Origin: Mobula hypostoma
Taxonomy: Eukaryota
Reading direction: 5' to 3'
Assembly (NCBI RefSeq): GCF_963921235.1
Contig: NC_086097.1
Coordinates: forward strand, 86,988,001 to 87,052,000
Length of the DNA: 64,000 bases
The translations under genes and the position numbers were made by a program. Numbering within the stretch: position 1 is the first letter of the stretch; each line of letters opens with the position of its first letter. A model generated the notes under the pieces. It ran no database searches. It was given only the letters and a program-made list of their open reading frames with translations, and was not told the DNA's origin. Shown in pieces: positions 48,872-60,637 of this stretch.

Positions 48872-50204
48872 TACCCAGCTGGAAGCCTGAGAATAATTTT
48901 ATTAGTGGTTATTGTTTACCTGGATTTTCAGAAGGCCTTTAACAAGGTGCAATACATGAGGCTGCTAAACAAGATAAAAATCCACAGTATTACAGGAAAA
49001 ATAATAGCACAAATAGAAGATTGGCTGACAAGTGGGAGGCATAGAGTGAGAATGGGGGGGTGGGTCTCTTTTCTGGTTGGCTGCCATTGACTAGTGGTAT
49101 TCTCCAGGGGTGGGTATTGGGACTACTTCGTATCAAGTTATATATCAATTACTTGGATAACAGAATTGATGGCTTTTGGGCCATGTTTACAGATGATACG
49201 AAGATATGTGGCCTAGGCAGGTAGTCTGCAGGACGTAAACAGATTGGGAAAATGGGAAAGAAGAAGCAGATGGAATACACTGAAGTGTATTGTCATGCAC
49301 ATTGGTACGAGAAATAAATGTATCATCTATTTTATAAATAGGGCAAAGAATCAAAAATCAGAGGTGCAAAGGGACTTGGGAGTCCTTGTGCAGGACTAAC
49401 CAAAGGTCAACTTGCAGGTTGAGTTGGTGGTAGGGAAGGCAAATACAATGTTACCACTCATTTCGGGAGGACTAGAATATAAAAGCAAGGATGTAATGTT
49501 GAGACTTTATAAGGCATCGGGCAGACCCCATTTGGAGTACTGAGAGCAGATTTGGACCCCTTGTCTGAGAAAGAATGTGTTGGCATTGGAAAGGGTACAG
49601 AATGATCCTGGCAATGGAAGGGTTAACATAGGAGGAGACTTTGAGGGCTCTGGGCAAGTACTCGCTGGACTTTAGAAGAATGAGGGGAGATTGCACTAAA
49701 ACCTACTGAATATTGAAAGGTCTACATAGAGTGGATGTAGAGAGGATGTTTCCTACAATGCGGGACCAGAGGGCACAGCCTCATAATAGAAGGATGTCTC
49801 TTCAGAACAGAGATGAGGAGGGATTTCTTCAGCCAGAGGGTGGTGGATCAGTGGAATTCACTGCCACAGACAGTTGTGGAGGCCAAAACATTAAGTATTT
49901 TTAAAGTGGTGGTTAATAGGTTCTTGACTAGTCAGGGCATGGAAAGTTATGGGGAGAAGGTAGGAGAATGCGGTTGAAAGCGATACTAAATCAACTATGA
50001 TGGAAAGGTGGAGCAGATTGATGGGCCAAATGGCCTAATTCTGCTCCTATGTCATATGGTTTTATGGTCTATGACTTTCTATATGGAAACATCATTTTAT
50101 GGTTTCAGGTTGTTAGCAGGGAGAAGAGCACAGCCTGGTGCTCTGATTTTCTAAACTGTAAGTGGGGATAGATCAGTAGGTAACTTTCATGATTATGTAG
50201 CAGA

Positions 50205-50400
50205 GTGTGCCTGAGCCCCTGGAGGGGCAGGAGATGCACTGGTAGTATTTTGGTAGCATGCTCTGTAAAGTGAAGTCCTTGATGATGATGAACAAAGATT
50301 CAGAGTATACCGTTTCAATACTATTGATCGCTGAGTATAATTCATTGATGCAAACCTTACACCTCCCTGGGATGGATTGCAGAATTGCTTGTCCTCCATG
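50205..50400 (-). mobile_element. Rex1 endonuclease fragment
   Basis: ELYSAINSIETVYSESLFIII and MLPKYYQCISCP on the minus strand. Confidence 0.6.
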
Positions 50401-50839
50401 TTAGTCTCATTTCTCCTCTAACATCAGGCCTAGTCCCTGGACAGGTGGGTAACAGGAACCTAACCCCACCTTCCTGCTGTTAGGCTCAGGAGAGAGTTTG
50501 AAGCCTGATGGGATGGAAGGCACCTGATTGAAAAAGATGAAGGAAAAGCCAAGTAAAGCATTGGTGCTCTCTTTGTCACTCACAAAATACAGTAATTGTT
50601 CATTCATATAAATTCACAATAAATTGATAATTAAAACAATAGAATAAATGTCTCCCTGTTCATTCATGTAATTTGATCAACAGACAGAGGTGGATGGTAG
50701 TGAAGATTTGTTGCTTATGCCTTTCCTCTGTTCTAGATCTTTCCACTTCCAGCATGAGAATCAAGTCTATTGAGTCAATATGTGCGTTATCAAAAAGAAT
50801 TTGATTGTTATCTCATTCTGTTTGAGTAAAAATTGCTTT

Positions 50840-51240
50840 TTTTCAGATGTGCATTGAAACATCAAAACATGCAGTGAAATTCAGAGTTCAAAGTACATTT
50901 ATTATCAAAGTACAGTACATATATGTCACCATATACAACTCTGAGAGCCATTTAGCTTGAACACAGTCTGAGGATGTGCTGGCAACAGCCTGCAAGTGTT
51001 GCCATGCTTCTGGCACCACCATGGCATCACCATAACTCAATAACCCTAACCATATGTCTTCAGAATGTGAGAGAAAACCAGTGCACTCAGAGGAAACCCA
51101 TACGTCAAAATGAGAACATAGAGACCGTGATGGGATTTGAACCCTGAACGGCGGGGTTGGGGGGTGGGGGATAGTTTGCTGGTGTTGTAAAGTGATGTGC
51201 TAATCACTGTGCTAAAGTGCCACCCTACGCTACCATGCCA
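50840..51240 (-). mobile_element. V-domain SINE of a second family, with a short Rex1 tail fragment inserted at about 50881-50945
   Basis: tRNA-like head (gggttcaaatccca B-box), V domain (gggtttcctctgagtgcactggttttctctcaca) and a 3' part unlike HE1. Confidence 0.7.
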
Positions 51241-51569
51241 AGCTGCTTGGAGAACAAGGTCATCAAATTTGCAGACGACACCAAGACTGGGAGTATAGTG
51301 GACAGCGAGGAAGACTATCAGGATTTGGACCAACTGGAAAAATAGCAGATGGAATTTAATGCAGACAAGTGCGAGCTGTTGCTCTTCAGTAGGATCAACC
51401 AAGGTAGGTCTTACACAGTGAACGGTACAGCACTGAGGAGTGTGGTAGGACATAGGGATCTGAGAGTACCGGTCCATAATTCATTGAATGTGGTGTCAGA
51501 GGTAGAAAGGGTTGTAAGGAAAGTTTTTGGCACATTGGCCTTCGTAAATCAAAGCATTTGTAAATCAAA

Positions 51570-54500
51570 GGATCTGTTTTGGGGTAAGGATGAATTGTAC
51601 AGAAGGGATGGGTTGCATCTTAACAGACGGGGGACCAGCGTTCTGGCAGGCAGTTTTGCCACTGCTAGACGGGTGTGTTTAAACTAAGTAGTGGGGGGGA
51701 CGGGGATGAACTGGAAATATAAGAATGGAGTTATAGGGAATGAGAGAATAAGAAAAGTTAAGAAACACAACAGAATTAAAGGGGCAGAAAGATCAGGAAG
51801 GGATCGGAGAGTATTGGCAAGTGCAATAGGAATCGATGTGAAAGGTGAGGGGAGTAATGGATTAAAAGTATTATATATGAATGCACGGAGTATAAGAAAT
51901 AAAGTGGATGAGCTTGAGGCTCAGTTGGAAACTGGCAAGTATGATATTGTGGGAATAACAGAGACATGGCTGCAAGAGGACCAGGGCTGTGAAATGAATA
52001 TTCAGGGATATACATCCTATCGAAAGGACAGACAGATTGGCAGAGGGGGTGGGGTGGCTCTGTTGGTGAGGAATGAAATTCTGTCACTTGCGAGGGGGGA
52101 CATAGAATCAGGAGATGTAGAGTCAGTATGGATAGAACTGAGAAACTGCAAGGGCAAAAAGACCCTGATGGGAGGTATCTACAGGCCCCCAAACAGTAGC
52201 CTGGAGATAGGGTGCAAGTTAAATCAAGAGTTAAAATTGGCATGTTGCAAAGGTAATTCTACGGTTGTTATGGGGGATTTTAACAGGCAAGTAGACTGGG
52301 AAAATCAGGTTGGTACTGGACCCCAAGAAAGGGAACTTGTGGAGAGCCTCAGAGATGGATTCTTAGAGCAGCTTGTATTAGACCCTACCAGGGAGAAGGT
52401 AATTCTGGATTTAGTGTTGTGTAATGAGCCAGATTTGATAAGGGAACTTGAGATAAAGGAGCCATTAGGAGGTAGTGACCACAATATGATAAGTTTTAAT
52501 CTACAATTTGAGAGGGAGAAGGGAAGATTGGAAGTGTCAGTATTACAGTTGAACAAAGGGGACTATGGACACATGAAGGAGGAGCTGGCAAAAGTTGACT
52601 GGAAAGATACCCTAGCAGGGATGACAGTGAAACAACAATGGCAGGTATTTCTGGGAATAATACAGAAGGTGCAGGATCAGTTCATTCCAAAGAGGAAGAA
52701 AGGTTCTAAGGGAAGTAAGGGGCCACCGTGGATGACAAGAGAAGTCAAGGACAGTATAAAAATATAAGAGACGAAGTATAACATAGCAAGGAAGAGTGGG
52801 AAGCCAGAGGATTGGGAGACTTTTAAGGAGCAACAGAAGATAACTAAAAAGGCAATACGGGGGGAAAAGATGAGGTACGAAGGTAAGCTAGCCAAAAATA
52901 TAAAGGAGGATAGTAAAAGCTTCTTTAGGTATGTGAAGAGGAAAAAATTAGTTAAGACCAAAGTTGGGCCCTTGAAGACAGAAACAGGTGAAATTATTAT
53001 GGTGAACAAGGAAATGGCAGATGAGCTGAACAGGTACTTTGGATCTGTCTTCACTAGGGAAGACACAAACAATCTCCCAGATGTAATAGTGGCCAGAAGA
53101 CCTAGGGTAACAGAGGAACTGAAGGAAATTTGCATCAGGCAGAAAATGGTGATGGGTAAACTGATGGGACTGAAGGCTGATAAATCCCCAGGGCCTGATG
53201 GTCTGCATCCCAGGGTACTTAAGGAGGTGGCTCTAGAAATCGTGGATGCATTGGTAATCATTTTCTAATGTTCTATAGATTCAGGATCAGTTCCTGCGGA
53301 TTGGAGGGTAGCTAATGTTATCCCACTTTTTAAGAGAGGAGGGAGAGAGAAAACAGGCAATTATAGACCAGTTAGTCTGACATCAGTGGTGGGGAAGATG
53401 CTGGAATCAATTATAAAAGATGTAATAGCGGCATATTTGGTTAGCAGTGGCAGGATAGGTCCGAGTCAGCATGGATTTACGAAGGGGAAGTCATGCTTGA
53501 CTAATCTTCTGGAATTTTTTTGAGAATGTGACTATGAAAATGGACATGGGAAAGCCAATGGATGTAGTGTACCTGGACTTTCAGAAAGCCTTTGATAAGG
53601 TCCCACATAGGAGATTAGTGTGCAAAATTAGAGCAAATGGTATTGGGGGTAGCGTACTGACATAGATAGAAAATTGGTTGGCAGACAGGAAACAAAGAGT
53701 AGGGATTAATGGGTCCTTTTCAGAATGGCAGGGGGTACTAGTGGGGTACCGCAAGGCTCGGTGCTGGGACCGCAGCTATTTACAATATACATTAATGATT
53801 TAGATGAAGGGATTAAAATTAACATTAGCAAATTTGCAGATGACACAAAGTTGGGTGGCAGCGTGAAATGTTATGAGAATGTTATGAGAATGCAGGGTGA
53901 CTTAGACAGATTGGGTGAGTGGGCAGATGCATGGCAGATGCAATTTAATGTGGATAAATGTGAGGTTATCCACTTTGGTGGCAAGAACAGGAAGGCAGAT
54001 TACTATCTGAATCGTGTCAAGTTAGGAAAAGGGGAAGTACAACGAGATCTAGGTGTCATTGTTCATCAGTCTCTGAAAGTAAGCATGCAAGTACAGCAGC
54101 AGTGAAGAAAGCTAATGGCATGTTGGCCTTCATAACAAGGGGAATTGAGTATAGGAGCAAGGAGGTCCCCCTGCAGTTGTACAGGGCCCTGGTGAGACAC
54201 CACCTGGAGCATTGTGTACAGTTTTGGTTCCAAATTTGAGAAAAAACATTCTAGCTATTGAGGGAGTGCAGCGTAGGTTCACAAGGTTAATTCCCGGGAT
54301 GGCGGAACTGTCATATGTTGAAAAATTGGAGTGACTGGGGTTGTATACACTGGAATTTAGAAGAATGAGAGGGGATCTGATTGAAACATATAAGATTATT
54401 AAGGGATTGGACATGCTAGAGGCAGGAAACACGTTCCCGATGTTGGGTGAGTCCAGAACCAGAGGCCACAGTTTAAGAATAAGGGGTAGACAATCTAGGA

Positions 54501-54755
54501 TGGAGTTGAGGAAAAACTTTTTCACACAGAGGGTTGTGGTTCTGTGGAATACTCTGCCTCAGAAGGCAGTGGAGGCCAATTCTCTGGATTCTTTCAAAAA
54601 AGAGTTAGATAGAGCTCTTAAAGATAGCGGAGTGAAGGGATATGGGGAGAAAGCAGGAAAAGGGTACTGATTGTGGATGATCAGCCATGATCACAGTGAA
54701 TGATGGTGCTGGCTCGAAGGGCTGAATAGCCTACTCCTGCACCTATTGTCTATTG
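51570..54755 (+). mobile_element. Young CR1 LINE: end of ORF1 and whole ORF2 with few lesions
   Basis: DGLHLN...CLN* then the 358-aa EN frame (YMNARSIRNK, GITETWL, VMGDFN, LGGSDH); RT SGVPQGSVLGP and SKFADDTKLGG; (CTATTGT)n tail. Confidence 0.97.
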
Positions 54756-55012
54756 AATACTATCATTGAGTATGGGAGATGGGATGTTATTTTGAAGTTG
54801 TATAAGACACTGGTGAGGCCTAATTTGGAGTATAGTGTGGAGTTTTGGTCACCCACCTACAGGAAAGATGTAAATAAGATTTAAAGAGTACAGAAAAATC
54901 AACAAAGATGTTGCTGGGTCTGGAGGACCTGAGTTAGAAAGAAAGATTGAATAGGTTAGGACTGTATTCCTTGAAACGTAGAAGTTTGAAAGCAGATTTG
55001 ATAGAGGTATAC

Positions 55013-55800
55013 AAAGAGGTGATTGTGGACTTCAGGAAGGATAAGACAAAAGAAAACATACCAATCCTCATAGAGGGATCAGAAGTGGAGAGAGTGAGCA
55101 GTTTCAAGTTCCTGGGTGTCATGATCACTGGGGGCTCAATATATCCCAACATATCGTTGCAGCTATAAAGAAGGCAAGATAGTGACTGTGCTTCATTAGG
55201 AGTTTGAAGAGATTTGGTATGTCAACAAATACAATCAAAAACTTCTATAGATATACCGTGGAGAGCATTCTGACAGGCTGCATCACTGTCTGGTATGGTG
55301 TGGAAGTGGGGGCGGGTGGGGCTACTGCACGGGACTGGAAGAAGCTGCAGAAGGTTGCAAATTTAGTCAGCTCCATCTTGGGTACTAGCCTCTAAAGTAC
55401 ACAGGACATCTTCAAGGAGCGGTGTCTCAGAAAGGCAGCATCCATAATTAAGGGCCTCTGGCACCCAAGGCATGCCCTTTTCTCATTGTTACCATCAGGT
55501 AGGAGATACAGAAGCCTGAAGGCACACACTCAGCGATTCAAGAACAGCTTCTTCCCCTCTGCCATCTGATTCCTAAATGGACATCGAACCCTTGGACACT
55601 ACCTCACTTTTTAAATATATATTATTTCTGTTTTTTGCATGATTTTTAATCCATTTAATATACGTATACTGCTATTTATTTATTGATGATCATTAGTAGT
55701 ATTTTTTCTTCTATATTATGTATTGCATTGAACTGATGCTGCTAAGTTAACAAATTTCACAACACTTGCCAGTGATAATAAACCTGATTCTGAATTCTGA
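55013..55800 (+). mobile_element. Rex1/Babar LINE 3' fragment
   Basis: KEVIVDFRK, VERVSSFKFLGV and NFYRYTVESILTGCITVWYG motifs; (TTCTGA)n tail. Confidence 0.92.
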
Positions 55801-56291
55801 AATTATGAGGGGTATAGATAGGATAAATGCAAGCAGGTTTTTTCCTCTGAAGTTGGGTGGGACAACAATCAGAAATCATGGGTTAAGTGTGAAAAGTGAT
55901 AAGTTTAAGGGGACCATGAGGGGAGATTTCTTCACTCAGAGGGTCGTGAGAGTGTGGAACGAGCTGCCAGCACAAGTGCTGCATGTGAGCCCATTTTCAA
56001 CATTTAAACAAAGTTTTTGTAAGGGGTTTCTTCTTTTATGTTACTGATAAGGTGAATAAAATGGCTTCTTTGTTATGTTAAAAATAAAATGGCTTCTCTG
56101 TGATGTTAACTGCTGAGACAGTGGTTCCCTCTCTAGCAGATTGTTTGGGTTATATTACTGATAAGAGAATTGTATTCATTTGTTAACCAATTGGGATAGA
56201 TGTTATTCTTTCTTATGTGTCTGTAAACTATTGTTTTCATGGGCTTTGGGGCAGAAGGCGGGATAGGGACCGAGGGAGGAGACGCAATCGT

Positions 56292-56383
56292 AAACACAAA
56301 ATAATCTGCAGATGCTGGGGACAAAGCAACACTCACAACACGCTGGAGGAACTCAGCAGGTCGGGCAGCATCCGTGGAAAAAA
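56292..56383. mobile_element. Truncated copy of the Penelope-derived short repeat
   Basis: aaacacaa..taatctgcagatgctgg...gctggaggaactcagcaggtcgggcagcatc; the hammerhead end is missing. Confidence 0.75.
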
Positions 56384-56385
56384 AA

Positions 56386-57917
56386 TAGAGGACAATCCTG
56401 GAAATGCAAAAAACACCCATCACAATATCCAAAATGAAATTATGGGTATTATGGCAGATATGGTCAGACGTCAAATAAGTGCAGAAATCAAGGAGGCTGG
56501 ATATTTTGCCATCGTGAGTAAAAAGGAGAAAATATCAGTGGTGGTGCGGTATTTGAATAACGAAACAGTGCTTGAAGAATTCTTGCACTTCACTCCAGCA
56601 GAAGGGTTGGACGCAGAGTCGCTTCTGAAAAGCATTGAACAGACACTCGCCCAGTGTGTTATTGATAAGAACGTATGTATAGGATGGGGCAGCAGTGACG
56701 TCCGGGTACAAGAGAGGTTCAGGAAAGAGGTCCCACAGGCATTATATATACACTGCCATGCTCACAGACTTAACCTTGGTTTAGTGGATGTTGTGAGCAA
56801 TGTATCACAAGCAGGTGAGTTTTTTGAAACTGTGCAGCTGCTTTACAACTTCTTTTCAAACTCTATTGCCCACGATCTTTTCATGAAGAAACAGAGAGAA
56901 CTGGAATCAACTGCACAGCCCGTGGAGTTGAAGAAATTGTCAGATACACGCTGGGCATGGCAGTATACAGCTTTGTGGGCTATAAGGAAGTCACTCCCTG
57001 CCACTCTAGCTACACTACAGGATATTATGGTTCAACCAAATGCACGGAGGAAAAAGGAGGCCAGAGCTGTAAGTGGACTGATTGACGAGCAGTTTGCTTT
57101 ACTTCTCACTCTGTTTGAGGATTTATTCCGAGTCACCAAGTTCATGTCAGACCAGCTACAATCTCCCAGTTTGGAGCTTTCATCCGCTGTGGGCTTGGCT
57201 CAGTCTATTATTGATGCACACTCAGCAAAACGGGGAGAGGAATCATGGAGTGAAATTCAGACAAGAGCTAGGGACCTGTGTGTCAAGGCCGGTATATAGA
57301 GCAGAACACATGAAAGGAGACAGGCCCAGCCACCCCGCCGCCTACATGGTTTTGTAGTTGAGGCCCAAACTGAACGCACACCTGTCACATCCTCTGATGA
57401 CCTTCGCAACCACTGTTTCTATCCAGTTATAGACAGACTTCTGACTGAAATGAAAAGACAGTTCCCAAATGAGACTGGGAGTGTTCTGACTGGAGTCTCA
57501 GCATTGAGTCCCAAACACAAGTTCATCCTAGACAAGAATTGTCTTGGGCCAATGGCCCAATACTATGGAATGACTGAAGTGAACCTGACTGCAGAGCTAC
57601 ATCAGGTTCACGTTGCCCGCTGTTGCTCAGATGCTCTGTTTGTTTTTTTTTTGTTTATGCTCCTTGTAGCCCAGGTTGTCTCCGATGCTGTTGACACTGT
57701 AACAGTTCACTTCTATATTAGATCTATCAATTGCTGGTACTTGTGAATCAACAGAGGCATTTATAATAGGGACATAATGCTTGAAACTGACTTTTTAACG
57801 CCACGCGTCTGGCCTTGTGAATAATTATTACCATACAGTGCATCCCTCAGCACTATCACTGGATCATTCAGCCCCTCCGTAGTACCAGCAAGAAAAAAAT
57901 CTCTGGCGCCGCCACTG
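56386..57917 (+). mobile_element. hAT (Tip100/ZMYM1-like) transposon, right half with transposase relic and right TIR
   Basis: HHNIQNEI, ISVVVRY, EEFLHF, YIHCHAHRLNL, LKKLSDTRW and FYPVIDRL; terminus ...TCTGGCGCCGCCACTG at 57917. Confidence 0.92.
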
Positions 57918-58501
57918 CGCATATGGTGTATTGTCTGTTATTTGACAGGATGGGGTACATCACACAGCATCCACACAAACTGATTACCCAGTTTGGCGGG
58001 GCCGAAGGCTGCTTCCCCTAGACAAAAGCGAGCTGAGCGGGCCTGAGGCCTACCAGGGGGCCACATTGTGATAGGTACATGGATGGTAAGTGTATGGAAG
58101 CTAGGGTCCCAATGTTTAAATGGTTTAGCATGTATATGCCAGAGGCCCTGTTTCTGTGCTGTACTTTTATAGCAGTTTATGAATCTATGAGATAGATTGT
58201 TTCACAGTCAGCACTGTGCCTCATGCATAGCTATCTGAGAGATGGGTAGCAGGTGAGTTGATCAGCCCTAAGAATACTTATAGTTCAGATGAACAGTAGA
58301 TTGGATGTTTATGGCTAGTTTGTAGGTCATTAACTGCTAATGGATATCATTGGAGATTATATGAACAAGGAAGAGGTGCCAAGAGTGGGAGTTCAGACAG
58401 AGAATATCCAAAATAATGCACATTCAAATGGATGTCCACAGCATGCATGTGATTTCTGGTGCAAAGAATTCCACCACTGAGAATAACAATGCAAGGACTG
58501 A

Positions 58502-60362
58502 GGCTACGTCCACACTATGCCGGATAATTTTGAAAACGAAGCTTTTTCTCTTCGTTTTGCCCTCCCGTCCACACTGAGACGGTGTTTTCAGCCCCCGAAA
58601 ACGGAGATTTTCGAAAACACTCTCCAGAGTGAATAAATCTGAAAACGCTTAATATCTGGCGTAGTGTGTACGGGGTAACTGGAGAGATTTAAAACGCTGT
58701 CATGACAACACCACAACAACAACAATACTTTTTTCTACTTCTGTTTGGTACTGCGCAAGCTGTTATAACGCGCAGTCGGTGTGAACGGCGTGAGAGTTAA
58801 ATTGTAAAGTGAGTTCTTTTGACTATTTAAAAACGCTGTCATGACATGCTGGAACAGATGTTCGTTGTTTTCTTGAACGCCACCACCTAACAACTTCAGA
58901 ACAGACAGACGAGACTGAAGCCAGTGGACCCATAGCTTACTGAATAAATAAGTATACTAACTTCGCCCTGTTTTCTGTCCTTGCTTGTATGAAGGTGGTT
59001 TACCTATTTATGCAAGTACTTCTCTGACAATAGATGTGTAACAGCCTAATGTAACATTGTATGGAAATACAAGATAACGCTGATGCAGACGTTTTATACA
59101 TTTAACAAGGTGCTTTATTAATGTAACCGAGTTAGTTTTTCAATGTTCGTCGTCAGCTGGGTCATACTGTCCGTGAACTCCCTGTCGGTTGCCTCCATAC
59201 GCTGCAGTATTTGTTTTTTTTTAAAGTTTTAGGTCCTCCTGTGTGAGAGCCAAGAGCAATTCCTTTAAAGTTTTTCTACTCTGTAACTGGACAAACGCGC
59301 ACGAAGTATATCGTTTCCTCTCGCTTGTTTTCTGTGTCCTGCGCATGCCCAGTAGGAGGAGATTCACCCAAATATCCGCCTAATGTGGACGGAGATATTT
59401 TGAAAACGCTTAGTGTGGACACCTGTCGTTTTTACTCAAAACCGGCGTTTTCAAAATTACACCGGGTAATTTTGAAAACGAAGCTTTTTCTCTTCGTTTT
59501 GACCCTCCGTCCACACTGAAATGACGTTTTCAGCCCCCAAAAACGGAGATTTTCGAAAACACTCTCCAGAGTGTGTAAATTTGAAAACGATTGTTTCGCG
59601 TTGTAGTGTCGATGGGGTAAACGGAGAGGTTTTTAAACGTTATCATGACAATACCACAACAACAATGCTTTTTCTGCTTCTGCTTGGTACTGCACAAAGC
59701 ACTGCCGGACGGCTGTTATAATGCGCAGTCGGCGTGAACGGCGTGAGAGCTAAATTGTAAAGCGAGCTTTTTTGACTAGATCCCTTAAATTGATTTGATT
59801 GAGTCTATCTTTAAAAATATTAATGTCAGAAATACTGCGCCGGTCTGGTGGCAGAAGATTCCACTCTCTTGTTGATCTTGGGTAGAGGACGGCTTCATGT
59901 GTGTGTTGTTTACTTTATTGTCTACTTTAATAGCTTGTTTGGAGTTAAACATCTCCACATTCTCCACTGCTTTGCTGACTTTGTAGTTGTTTGTAACTTG
60001 CAGAAACAACTCGACTTCATTGTCTGTCTAAACAAAGAAGTCCGGTCTGCTTTTTCCAGCAGAGGTTTTCTTTGTATTCCTCAAAGACATCGTTGAAAAC
60101 TTTCTTTCGCTGTTGTTGTAGGTACTCTAGTTTTTGACCAATGGAAATAGCACAACGCTGCCGCGGAAATGTAAATATTATACCGTTCCCTCTTCGCTTG
60201 TTTCCTGTAGATGTGTCTGCACATGCCCAGTAAGAGGAGACTCGCCCAAATATCCGTTTTAGTGTAGACAGAGATATTTTGAAAAACGCCTAGTGTGGAC
60301 GCCTGTCGTTTTTACTCGAAACCGGCATTTTCAAACTTATCCGGTCTAGTGTGGACGTAACC
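58502..60362 (-). mobile_element. PIF/Harbinger non-autonomous element; fused dimer of two deletion derivatives
   Basis: TIR GGCTACGTCCACACTA...TAGTGTGGACGTAACC, 3-bp TSD TGA, duplicated subterminal blocks, and Myb/SANT-like coding remnants on minus. Confidence 0.9.
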
Positions 60363-60637
60363 TGAGAGAGACACACACAGCATTTTGCCTGAGTGCACTT
60401 TGTTGATCCAGCTAGCTCAATAAACAAGTTGTTTTGAGATCCATCCTCTACCATTGTCTTCCTGATGTTCTCTCTGGAGATGAAAGTTCTGTCCGTTGAC
60501 ATTCCTCGGTATGTTCAAGTAAGGTCCTGTTTCAATCTCTAGCATTCATTTACTATTCAATTTTTGTTTGAGGCTGACACCATTGCACAGACACATTTGA
60601 CCCTGTATTGGCAGACATTAATTAAGCTTAAGCAACA

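Larger units (their letters stand above)
45258..48903 (-). mobile_element. Penelope-like element (RT + GIY-YIG), 5'-truncated with inverted terminal segment; split by RTE
   Basis: MVSFDVASLFTRVP, AIANFY...PKCFFRYLNDTFIVW and GVFRIRCECG (GIY-YIG). 48605-48903 is an inverted copy of about 47390-47670, and the 3' tip lies at 45258-45332. Confidence 0.9.
44300..50075 (+). mobile_element. CR1 LINE split by Penelope+RTE (pieces 44300-45257 and 48902-50075)
   Basis: WLTREVKDSIK, DKSTGSPGLHPRVLKE and LTNLLEFFEE; resumes at VYLDFQKAFNKV; CR1 tail at about 50020-50075. Confidence 0.92.
56018..58065 (+). mobile_element. Solo LTR (same family as 14226-14908), interrupted and internally deleted (pieces 56018-56291 and 57918-58065)
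   Basis: TGTAAGG...GGGGGCCACA; both pieces match the reverse complement of the 14-kb LTR. Confidence 0.9.
51250..58190 (+). mobile_element. Old CR1 3' portion in four pieces (51250-51558, 54765-55013, 55801-56017, 58066-58190)
   Basis: Collinear motifs KFADDTK, MEFNADKC, LYKTLVRPNLEY, DLIEVYK|IMRGIDR, FFTQRVVRVWN and the 3' tail. Confidence 0.88.

Noticed and set aside
50193..50607. Minus-strand exon-like ORFs with a strong acceptor near 50525
   Set aside because: The downstream part is a Rex1 endonuclease remnant and no host protein is recognisable.
51776..54525. Several 70-190 aa minus-strand ORFs (similar ones occur opposite the CR1 at 37-40 kb and the RTE)
   Set aside because: Antisense shadows of LINE coding sequence.
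56386..57746. Host ZMYM1-like gene
   Set aside because: It has a transposon TIR, is nested in an LTR, is truncated at both ends and has no exon structure; a transposon relic rather than a domesticated gene on present evidence.
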